A stretch of 64,000 bases of DNA from Paramoeba atlantica (Eukaryota > Protista > Discosea): NCBI GenBank assembly GCA_977017575.1, contig CDRNVI010000045.1:287087-351086 (forward strand). The letters are read 5' to 3'. Both the position numbers and the translations under genes were made by a program. The notes below the pieces were generated by a model. The model did no database searches. It was not told the origin of the DNA and saw nothing but the letters and a program-made list of their open reading frames with translations. Positions 51,294 to 61,340 of this stretch are shown here, in pieces. The first letter of the stretch is position 1; the number at the start of each line of letters is the position of its first letter.

Positions 51294-54200
51294 TTACAAC
51301 CGAAGTCCTCCCATCCATTTCTCTGCCGGGATGTAGTCTCTGAGTTGAGATACTATCGTGTAAGCGGACATCTTCTCAATCTCGAGTTGGAACGCGTTGC
51401 GCACGTTATCATAGTTCAGCTTCGCTCTTTGTGAGAGAGCCTTTAATAGGGCCTTTGTATCAACATGTAGCAGGCCGCAATCTGTTGCGGCCAGACATTT
51501 GAATGAATCGCTGTCGACGCCTTTCTCAACCACATATTTCTTGTACTTTCTGTCGGCGACCTGTTGCATGAGGGCAGAGCTGGTTTGTTTCGCATAGCTA
51601 GTACAGCACGTGTGAACCACTGTAAAATCATAGAGCACCTCACCGATGTGAGGCCACATGATGGCAAGATCTGGGCCGGAACGAATGCGGCGGGCTTTGC
51701 AAGGATGTTGCTCGGCGACTTCTGCGGAAATCGTGCACTTACATTTTGTGCAGTGGTACGAAGAGTAAATGCGCGGTTCGATGACACTAGGAAGGCCTGC
51801 TTTTGAGCATAACTCTGCGAGATAACGGACTATGTGTGAATGCTTGCGGGTAGAGTTCATGCCGGAGCAACGGGAACATCCAGCAACGTGGGGAAGGATG
51901 GTTGAAGGAGATTCTTGATTCGAACATCCAGGGCAAATCATTTTGGCCGGTGCTTTTGGCACGCCGATTCCCAAGCGCATCATGAGCGTGTATCTGAAAA
52001 GATACGGGTTAACGTAGTTACTTGTATGTTCGAGGTGAAAATTAGCTTCCTTGGTGCGCTTCAAGATATTTGTTAAGGTTGAGTCTTTTTGCACTTCAAT
52101 TAATTGCTTGTCATGCGCTTGGCTCAGGTTCTTTTTAAGAAATTTGCGGGCCTTTTCCGCGCGGCTCTGAGCTTTAGCTTTGACCTTGCCGCTGCCCTCT
52201 GAATCTACCGGAGCGTTATTGGGTTCAAATTGCTCTTCAATAGATTCTCGGGCAGCTGCGAAGTAATATTGTTGTTTCAGAGTGCAAGAAATCAAGCCTA
52301 ATCCGCCTAGTTTTTGCGGGAGCGCTGCAAGCTTGAGTGCCTGGACATCGGCGCCACACCATTTCTGCAGGACCTCGTGTATGTGCTGCTCGAAAGATTG
52401 GGCTAGGTAAAGAGTAGCCTCCGGGCGGTGAACTCTTAAATGGTAGTCTTGGCGTGGAATTGTACAGCGGCGCAAAATCGCCAGAGAGAGGTTACTCGGG
52501 CCCATGAGAAGAAGGCGACGAAATAGGCATTTGTGCTTGTTCAATTTGCGCAGGAGAAGATCTTCTACCACATTGTCTTTGCCGATATAGGCTCCTAGGA
52601 TCTTTATCGACTCGGTGCAAAGATTAACGCCTAAGTTTTCTAATGAAAAGGGTTCGCATGACGCACATTTCTGAAAGAATTCACATTTTTGAAAGTTAAC
52701 GCATAGATTGAGCTCGGCTGTGGTTTCGCGTAAGTGCAGGAACGCCGCTTCGAGTGATCGCACGTTGGTGGAACTGAGAGTCACGTCGTCTTGGTAGGCT
52801 CTTATTTTGACGTCAGGGTATAGGCTTAGGACTTCTCGAAGAGGACCTTGTAAGAGTGCACAGAAGTACATGGAGGATAGGGATGATCCCTGGCGAATTC
52901 CTGAAGAGCTTTCTATGGTTGCAAAAAGGGCATTGTGGGCGAAAAACAATAGTTCAGATGGCAGGCCGTATTCCAGATAAAACATGCGCATGAAAGGTTT
53001 AAACACGGGATTATCTAGTAGTGCCTGGGTTATAGCGTCACGACGTGGAGTGTTATACGCATTGCTGAAGTCAACCGTAATCAATGCGTGTCCATTCTCG
53101 TATTCACTTAGTAGTTCGTGCACTATTGATTCACACGCGTTCTTGTGGAGTACACCTCGTTGGATGGGCGCAAAGTACTTTCGTAGTGCGGCTTCATGTC
53201 GCTGAAGTAAAATGGACCCGCAGATTTTGAGGATCGTGTCCCCCATGGCAACCGGGCGTATACCATTTTGTGGCTTCGGAAGAGCAATAATTCGGCATCG
53301 AGTAAGACGCTTCCGCACGCTTGACGGTATTTCACCATTGATAACATCTCGGACCATGTGACACAATGACAGGCACGTTTCTTCATCGTCAACTAGCAAA
53401 CGCATCATACTTTCGCTGAGTCCGCTTGGTCCTGGAGAGGCCCCTCGCGCAAGTTTTTCGACCGCAAGACGGACTTCCGATTTCTCTACAATGCCGATTC
53501 GTGGAAAGTCGGCTTCCGGGATTTGTATGTTAGGTCCTTCCGGATGCAATGTGCGAAGTTTTTGTACCTTTTCATCTGCTGTGAGAGCGGACTCCTTGTA
53601 GACGTTGTCCAGAATTCGAGTAGCTTTCCCTACGTTTCCGGCGCGGGCGGTCACTAAAGCATTTCTAATCGAGCGACGGTCGATTCCTAGTTCCTCTCTC
53701 TGTTGGGCGCTCAGATTTTCGCCCTCTGATTGGTCCGTATGCTTGATTATATGTCCTACGCGTTGATTTTGCCGTGAGAGTTGGCGAATGGTTGCGAGCG
53801 AGTCCCTTGGGGCGTTCAGGAATTTGTGCCAAACTGCAGTTTTCTCGGAATCAAGTTCTACAGTTGGATACCCACGAAGTATTGCACGAAAGATTGCGAC
53901 TACATGGACTGAAAATGATGAATCAATGGGCGTCATCGGGGGCAGTGGCTCGAGATCTCCTTGACCATCTTCATTCGATACGTTCTCAGCTTGTTCTTCT
54001 AAGTTCCGCGCGATGGCTTCGATTTTAATCAGCTTCGTGGCTCGTATGGAACAGATTCTGATTTTGCTTGTCTGCGGAAGGTAAAGGAATCCACTTGGAC
54101 CTTCGCTGCCTTGGGCTGGTGCATATGAAATCTTGATTTTTATTAGTCCTTTGCGAGATGTTCTGCCTACGACGACTCCCTTCGATACGTAGTTTGTCGT

Positions 54201-54947
54201 TTCCTGACGGAATCCCCATTCGATTATGCAAGCTGTGCCTTTACCCCACTTTGCTACGACATTGTGCACATGATCCGGTGCTTTGGAAACGGCGCCCCGA
54301 TTTGCAAGCTCTTCGATGACCCCACAATCGCTGTCAAGGGACATCTCGTCACTTTCATCTTCAGAGAGTTGCTCATCATTTTCGATATCGCGCTGGATCA
54401 GTCTTGAGTCTTGAGTCGTTTCGATATCCGACGTTTTTGCTTGTTGTGGGTCGCTGGCTGATTGGGCGTTTGAAGGCGTGAATCGAAAAGTTTTAGGCTT
54501 GATTTTAATGGTATTGTCGGAATGCTCGCCGTGTTGTTCGCCATGGCCAGCCCAATCTTTTGGCAGAGCTACAGATCCTTCTTCGGAGTTCTGGTTTCCC
54601 TGGAGGTAATTGGCCTGGTCAGTCCCGTGGTCTGCCCAAATCTTTGAAAGAAGAGGTTCTCCTCCGACGATTCTGATGCGTGGCGTTTTCTTCGGTTTGG
54701 TCGGTGGGGGGGTAGATGCTCCAATGACTTTTATTCGTGGTATGCGCGTCTTTGTCGTGGTGGGGGGAATAGTCTCATCAAAAGTGTCACCCGAAACGTC
54801 ATTGACTATGCACTTTTTCTCACTGTTCTCTTGGCCCCTCTTGTCTTGCATTCGTGATTTCACTTTTAGTCTACCTGTTTTCAGGCCCAAGCCTTTCGAT
54901 GTCTGAGAGTCTGCGCGAGCAAGGCGTGCGTGGGCAAGGCGTGTCAT
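51294..54947 (-). CDS. Family-1 CRE/SLACS-like protein, 1217 aa, intact (paralogue of 4356-7805)
   Basis: Same RT and RLE motifs (GIRQGSSLS, AYQDD, SGPDL..YDFTV). Confidence 0.9.
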   Translation of the reverse strand: MTRLAHARLARADSQTSKGLGLKTGRLKVKSRMQDKRGQENSEKKCIVNDVSGDTFDETIPPTTTKTRIPRIKVIGASTPPPTKPKKTPRIRIVGGEPLLSKIWADHGTDQANYLQGNQNSEEGSVALPKDWAGHGEQHGEHSDNTIKIKPKTFRFTPSNAQSASDPQQAKTSDIETTQDSRLIQRDIENDEQLSEDESDEMSLDSDCGVIEELANRGAVSKAPDHVHNVVAKWGKGTACIIEWGFRQETTNYVSKGVVVGRTSRKGLIKIKISYAPAQGSEGPSGFLYLPQTSKIRICSIRATKLIKIEAIARNLEEQAENVSNEDGQGDLEPLPPMTPIDSSFSVHVVAIFRAILRGYPTVELDSEKTAVWHKFLNAPRDSLATIRQLSRQNQRVGHIIKHTDQSEGENLSAQQREELGIDRRSIRNALVTARAGNVGKATRILDNVYKESALTADEKVQKLRTLHPEGPNIQIPEADFPRIGIVEKSEVRLAVEKLARGASPGPSGLSESMMRLLVDDEETCLSLCHMVRDVINGEIPSSVRKRLTRCRIIALPKPQNGIRPVAMGDTILKICGSILLQRHEAALRKYFAPIQRGVLHKNACESIVHELLSEYENGHALITVDFSNAYNTPRRDAITQALLDNPVFKPFMRMFYLEYGLPSELLFFAHNALFATIESSSGIRQGSSLSSMYFCALLQGPLREVLSLYPDVKIRAYQDDVTLSSTNVRSLEAAFLHLRETTAELNLCVNFQKCEFFQKCASCEPFSLENLGVNLCTESIKILGAYIGKDNVVEDLLLRKLNKHKCLFRRLLLMGPSNLSLAILRRCTIPRQDYHLRVHRPEATLYLAQSFEQHIHEVLQKWCGADVQALKLAALPQKLGGLGLISCTLKQQYYFAAARESIEEQFEPNNAPVDSEGSGKVKAKAQSRAEKARKFLKKNLSQAHDKQLIEVQKDSTLTNILKRTKEANFHLEHTSNYVNPYLFRYTLMMRLGIGVPKAPAKMICPGCSNQESPSTILPHVAGCSRCSGMNSTRKHSHIVRYLAELCSKAGLPSVIEPRIYSSYHCTKCKCTISAEVAEQHPCKARRIRSGPDLAIMWPHIGEVLYDFTVVHTCCTSYAKQTSSALMQQVADRKYKKYVVEKGVDSDSFKCLAATDCGLLHVDTKALLKALSQRAKLNYDNVRNAFQLEIEKMSAYTIVSQLRDYIPAEKWMGGLRL

Positions 54948-54972
54948 AGCGATTAAATCAAAAAAAAAAAGC

Positions 54973-54990
54973 CAACAAGGTACAGAAACT
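54973..54990 (-). other. Spliced-leader remnant (3' 18 nt)
   Basis: AGTTTCTGTACCTTGTTG, 25 nt upstream of ATG 54947. Confidence 0.85.
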
Positions 54991-55175
54991 CCTCTCGTCC
55001 AGCTTTTTTAGTCGAACTTTTTATCTGGATATGAACAGTACAAAATGGATACTAGTTTTTTTTATCTTACTTTTATACACTATTTTTTTTTTTTTTGCGC
55101 CAATTACTATCTCAAGTTCTGAAAAATCTATCCTGACTGCAGGCTTTAGAAGCTCTGCCCCTCTTTAGAAACTCT

Positions 55176-55550
55176 TTATATAGCGAACTGGAGCGCCCCC
55201 TTGTCCTTCTCAAGGTAATTCCGAAGTTGTGAATATAGTATGGCACCATTTTGCTCCTGTAGCAAAAGTTGTAGCTCAAGCTGAAGCTGCTGTCGAGGTA
55301 CGCTGCCCGCATCTGCGAGGGCCATTAACAGCGACTTCGTATTGAAGTGGAGGGATCCACCAGAGAGGATGGGAATACATCTGATTAATATCGTCAATGA
55401 ATGCAAAAATGCGAATTCCCGGGAATTCGTCGTGGAGTGTCTCAAGGATCGGTTGTAGGAACGCACAGAACAGAATGGATGATAGAGGCGATCCTTGTCT
55501 AACTCCTGCAGAACTCTTGAGAATCTTGAACAGTTGCCCATCGCTGCCGT
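55176..55550 (-). pseudogene. Fused CRE-like fragments (RT piece + 3' end) with poly(A)
   Basis: GVRQGSPLSSILFC..AFIDDI joined to CIPILSGGSLH..QLRNYL; poly(A) at about 55083-55096. Confidence 0.8.
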
Positions 55551-55700
55551 AAAGTTTTTTTTTTTTTTTTTTTTTGTAAGCCGAGAAAGCCATGTTCACC
55601 TTCCCCCCTTCTCTCAATTTTCAAAGAGAAACTATCCCGAAAATGAAATCTATATATTTTTATAAGCTGACTCAGCTTATAGTGATATTGTGTTTAGAAC

Positions 55701-58700
55701 TTATATACTATATTCTTGAGTTTGCGTGCAGCCGTCTAAGTATTTCTTTAGCTGCGCATAAATCCCTAATCCATTAAGCTCCTGAATCGTCAGCTTCATT
55801 TCGAGTTCGACCTGTTTCCTGTTTAGCATGGCCGCGTCTGCTAGCGAGTGTACCAAGTTCTGCGTATTGCGGTGCAAAGCGCCTCCTGCCAGTACGGGTA
55901 AACATTGAAATGAGTCTTCACGAATTAAGTTCGTACGTACATATGTGTTGGACTTTCGCTGCAGCGCGTCATTCATGAGCTGTGTGCATTTCTTTCCACG
56001 ATTAGACATTGAGAGTTCGTGAATAACTGTCAGATCATAGAAGACCGCACCCGTGTTCCAATAGATCACGAGATCGGGGCCAGACCGACAAAGTTTTTTT
56101 CCTGCACAAGTCTTCTGATGTACCAACTGGTTTTCCGGACTGATTGTGGATCGGCAAGCGATGCACTTCCACGTAGAAAAGTTTCTAGGTTCCGTTTCAC
56201 ATGGGATGCCTGCTTTCACGCATAGACGATGTAAAAATCCGACAAGTGAGTTATGTTTCACGGTCGTATTTATACCTGAACATTGAGCACAGCCTGGGAT
56301 ATGGGTGAGGGCGTTTCGGTTATTGAGGAGAATACCGCACCCTGGACACAATAGACTGGTAGGTAGATCTGGGTGTTGGGCATTTAGTCGTGGCATAATC
56401 GCGAGTTTGAAGAGATGGGAAGGGATGTACTTCGCGTTGGAAAGGATCCAGTCGCTGTTTCCTTTGAAGGATGTGGCTTGTAGAATGGGCTTAATGTCGG
56501 GATCCGTTTGCAACTCTTTCAATACTTCGACATGATGAATGCTGGTGGAAGCTTTTTCGTCCACTGGTATGACTTTCATTGTCGAGTTCTTAGGAATAGA
56601 CGGGTGTGATGGCACCGCGTTGTCGATCCGAGCTGAAAAAGAGTTTCGGCGCTCAAGAACCGAGTAGCGGGATGCCACATATGCCGTCTCCCTAAGGGGA
56701 CTGCTCGCTGTCAAACCCATTCCTCCCTTCTTAACGGGTAATCGTACAATTTTCATTTGATCAGGAGAGAGTGGACCAATCCAAGTCTCTACCACATTTT
56801 CAACCTCTTGATCGAATTGTGATGATGCTTTCTCTGTTGTTTCGGGCGGGTGAACACGAATCAGGTATTGTTGACGAACATTGGCACATTTTGCTAAAAG
56901 AATCATCGATATATTATTGATGCCCATTCGTTTTAGCCGCCGAAAAGCTGTGACCTGCTTCTCTAGTTGACGCAAAAGTCGTTCACTTATTGTGTTGTTT
57001 TCTCCAATATACGCTCCGAGTACTTTGACCGCTTCGTCCTCCGACTTTACACCTTGGGTGCTCAGCGAATTCGGTATGGAATTTCCGGATTTTCCTCTGA
57101 ACCAAACGCATTTTGCCTCGGCTAGTTTCACCTGTTTTTCTTCTAGGAGACCTTTGAGCCTAAAGAATGCTTTCTCCAGTTCGGTTGAATCTCGAGACAC
57201 TAACGTTATATCGTCAATGTATGCATTTATTTCAATACCTGGAAATTCGGAGGCCAGTGTCTCGAGTATTGGTTGACAGAATACGCAAAAGTAAAGACTA
57301 GCCAGAGCGGACCCTTGCCGTACACCTGCTGAGCTCATTATAATGTCCGTCAGGCTGCCATCGGAGCCATAAAATAAAAGTTCGGAAGCATTTGAATATT
57401 CGGCCGCAAAGAACCTTTGAAAGGGTTTCAGTGTAGCGAAAGCAAAAACGCACTTTGCAATTTCCTCTCGTGAGGGTGAGTTGAATGCATTTTGCATATC
57501 CACAGTCAGGATTGAGTGTCCGTCAAGCCAGCGGTCCCGCAACTTGTGTACGATTCGTTCGCACCCCGCTTGAGAGAATACGCCTTGTTGCATTGGTGCA
57601 AAGAGGGGTTCTAGTGACTTTTCGTATCTTTGCAGCAGAATTATTCCAGCTAATTTGCTAAATATTTCTCCAATAGCTACTGGGCGTACTCCCCCGTTGG
57701 GCTTGTCGATGGCTACGAGTCTTGCCCGATTTAGACGCTGTAGAACTTGTCTAGATAGGAATCCGTTGATCAGATCGCTCATCATGTGACAAAGACTATT
57801 GCAACATGGCTCGTCGTCTATGAGAAGTCTAACGATGCTGTCGGTCGTACCTGTAGGCCCAGGGCTCACACCTTTTGCCAGTCGTCTACTTGCACATCTT
57901 AATTCTTGTACGGCTATTCCTGCGATAATCGGTGCATCTTCCGGAACTTTGAAATTGCAGTTTTGTTCTGGATGAAGTGCACGTAGTTTTTGGACTTTTT
58001 CTTGATCAGTCAACGTGCTCTTCTGAAAAGAACAGTCCAAAATCCTTGAAGCCTTCGATGTACAGTTTTCTAGCACCAAACGAGTGGCCCGTTTGATTGC
58101 TCGCTTGTCCTCATGAAAAAACTCGTCTTCTGGTTGATTGTGTTCAACTGTCTCTTGTTGTATGGGTCTTCGCCGCCGTTGTCTACTATTGGCTTGACGC
58201 ACGGAAGCTAATGAAAGTTTCATTGCAGACAAAACTTTATTCCAAATTTGATTTCTTTGTACGTAGTCGCTTTCTGCATAGATGTGCATGATGTCCCTGT
58301 ATATGGCAATCACACTGGAGATAAAATCAGGACTAATGGTTTTCGCGGTTGGAATTGGGAGATGGTCTACGTCTTCAGCTCCTGTGTCCAGCTTAAGCGC
58401 TCTGGCCTTTTTAACATGTGTTTCTTCGCGGGTCTCAATAGGAAGGTTCTCGTCAATGGCTGGAGGAGCTCTGTACCAACGGATCTGATATACACGGATA
58501 TTTTCTTGCGGAGGAAGAAAACCTGGAAAACTTTCTTCTGCACGATGGCCGAACAGACCTTTATAGCTCAAATGTAGTTTCGACGCCCCGGTCCGATTCG
58601 CGGATCGTGTTACGGTTCCTTCGGAGATGTTCAAGGCGGTTTGTTTATCGAATGTCCACGCCACTGTGCATTTGGTTCCTTTTTTTATTGAAGAACAAGA

Positions 58701-59085
58701 CTTCTGTATGCGCTCGAAAGGAATGGGGAATTCGGTGTCTGGATTTATCGATTTTATGATGCCACCGATGTGGTTGTCTTGTTCCGGATTTCCTTCGCTA
58801 TAAAGTATGCTGATGACTTGATTTGTTGTTTCGGTTGGTTTGTCCTTTTCTTGTGTGTCTGGCGTGATGCAGTCGTAGAACTCGGTGTTACTTCCATACT
58901 CCTTGGTTTTGGGGCCCGGAGTCGTGCTAATTACCTGTATTTCGCTCGATGTGTCAGGTCGGAAACCTTCGTCGCCGTTGGGCGCAATTTCGCCGTACTG
59001 AATCGGTTCGTTGTTTTGTACGCGTCCGTTTTCCTGGACGTTCTTTGTACTCTTGTTGTGCTCGTTTTCCTTTTGGATGATAGCA
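55701..59085 (-). pseudogene. CRE-like element, 987-aa open part plus upstream frame shifted at an A-run near 58680
   Basis: VRPVAIGE, VDMQNAFN, GVRQGSALAS, AYIDDI, RSGPDL..YDLTV. Confidence 0.88.
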
Positions 59086-59086
59086 T

Positions 59087-59207
59087 TTCTTGGAGCCCCG
59101 TACAGAGGAGGATACTTATGGCTTCTAGATTTAGCTTTAATTTCTTTAGAATGGATTTCTTACACTCGTTTTTTAATATATAGTTAGAGATGTGCGGTTG
59201 TAGTTTT
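59087..59207 (+). repeat. 120-bp 3'-end fragment of the 36130 family
   Basis: Reverse complement of about 36052-36171. Confidence 0.85.
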
Positions 59208-59580
59208 CATACATAGATTATGATTATCACACTAAACACTTAATTCTTGCACCTTCCTGTCGGCCAGGTGACTACGAAGCTGCGCATACACTTCGAGCAC
59301 TCCTGAAAATAAGCGTTCCAGGAAATGAAACCACCAACTCCTCAATAATCTAACGTAAATTGAAGGTATTTTTTTTTTTTTATTCTATTAGAATTTCCCT
59401 GAGTTGGTGATCTCAGGCTACTATTGAAAAGGGAATGTTATGGTCTTTCGGTTTTATATAACAATATCTTCATATAGTCGAACGTGTACGAGCTGCCGTC
59501 ATATGTTAAGAATTTGGGTTTTCTCAAATACCCGTAAATTTAGATTACAAATTTTACTTTAAAGAGACTTTAAATATATC

Positions 59581-60600
59581 TTATAGGCGCAATTCACTCA
59601 TCCACTTCTCTGCTGGAATGTAGTCTCGGAGCTGCGACACTACCGTGTACGCTGACATTTTTTCGATTTCGAGCTGGAAAGCATTGCGCACGCTTTCATA
59701 TTTAAGTTTCGCTCTTTGTGAGAGAGCCTTCAGCAACGCCTTAGTATCGTCATGTAGAAGGCCGCAATCTGTTGCAGCCAGACACTTAAACGAATCGCTA
59801 TCGACACCCTTCTCAGTAACGTATTTCTTATATTTTCTGTCGGAGACCTGCTGCATAAGGGCAGAGCTGGTGTGTTTTGCGTAGCTTGAGCAGCACGTAT
59901 GTACTATTGTGAAGTCGTAGAGTACCTCACCCATGTGAGGCCACATGATGGCCAGATCTGGACCTGAACGAATACGGCGTGCTTTGCAAGGATGTTGCGC
60001 GGCGACATCTGCTGAGATAGTGCACTTACATTTAGTGCAATGATACGAGGAGTAGATGCGGGGTTCGATCACGCTAGGAAGGCCTGCTTTTGAGCACAAC
60101 TCTGAGAGATACCGGACGATATGTGAATGTTTGCGTGTGGAGTTCATCCCGGAGCATCGGGAGCATCCAGCAACGTGGGGAATAATGGTGGAGGGTGATT
60201 CTTGATTAGAACAGCCGGGGCATGTTACTTTGGCCGGTGCCTTAGGCAAGCCAATTCCTAAGCGCATCATGAGCGTATATCGGAATAGGTATGGGTTAAC
60301 GTAGTTGCTGGTGTTTTCGAGGTGGATATTAGCCTCTTTAGTGCGTTTTATGATGTTCGCTGCGGTGGAGTCTTTCTGTATTTCTGTCAATTGTTTTTCG
60401 TGAGCTTGACTCATGATCTTCTTAAGCGATTTGCGGGCCTTTTCTGCGCGGCTCTGAATTTTAGCTTTGCTCTTGTCATTGCCTTGCGAATCTACCGGAG
60501 CTTTATTGGGTTCCAAGTGCTCTTCAATAGATTCTCGGGCTGCTGCGAAGTAGTGCTGCTGTTTCAGAGTGCAAGAAGTCAGTCCTAATCCACCTAATTT
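59581..60600 (-). pseudogene. 3' part of family-1 CRE-like element
   Basis: LGGLGLTSC...SGPDL..YDFTI..QLRDYIP, similar to the 51294 ORF. Confidence 0.88.
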
Positions 60601-61340
60601 CAATCCACCTAATAGCATCCTGCAGAGCTTTAGCCTTCTTACGGTAACTGTCCATGGCAACGGCCGACGGATTTAACGGTCGTAAAACGAGTTCATCCAG
60701 AGTAGTGGGATCTTTTGGTGGAGGGGTGGCCGCCTGAGCGTACGTTGGTTCCTTGCTCCAGTTCGTAAATGCTGTGTTCCGAGCGGTGTTCGTTCTTATT
60801 TTGATGCATCCTTCTGGGTGACGAATGGTTGGGCTCTCGTCTTGCGACACTTTGTCAGCTCTTGTCTGAAGAAGGTTGAGTTGTTTGTTTCGCCGATTGA
60901 AGAAATTTGAAGACAGCAGTGCGTTCTTAATTGTGACTTTGCAGTCACTTTTCGGCAGTGGGGTCGGCGATCGACGCATCGACGGAGGAGGAGATTGTGG
61001 ACACTCAGATGGCGTTGATGGTGGTGATGGCGGCGGTAGTGGCGGCGGAAGTGGCGGTGAAGTAGGTGACCGCGATGCGGCGGGGACGGGCGATGGAAGA
61101 GACGGAGTTTCAGTGGACAAAGTCGTGGGTGGTGAGGGCGGCGGGGGCGGCGGGGGCGGCGAAGGAGAAGCGCTCGGTTCGGACGGAGCCTCAGGCGGTT
61201 TCTCCTCAATTGTTTTCTTCCTGCGACGGGTCGGAGGTAGAGGCTGTACGACGGGTGCTACTCCCGTTTCTTTCGCCCGGCTCCGCGTGAACATGCCCAT
61301 GAAAGTGAGAAAGTAATAGAAAATAAAGCAACAATTCAAC
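60600..61340 (-). pseudogene. 5' proline-rich part of family-2 CRE-like element, abutting the terminal array
   Basis: MGMFTRSRAKETGVAP at 61300; the UTR ends in TTGTTG (SL-like) at 61337-61342. Confidence 0.78.

Noticed and set aside
822-61316. The many 60-190 aa ORFs antisense to or overlapping the element ORFs
   Set aside because: These are shadow frames of long coding regions with no independent motifs.
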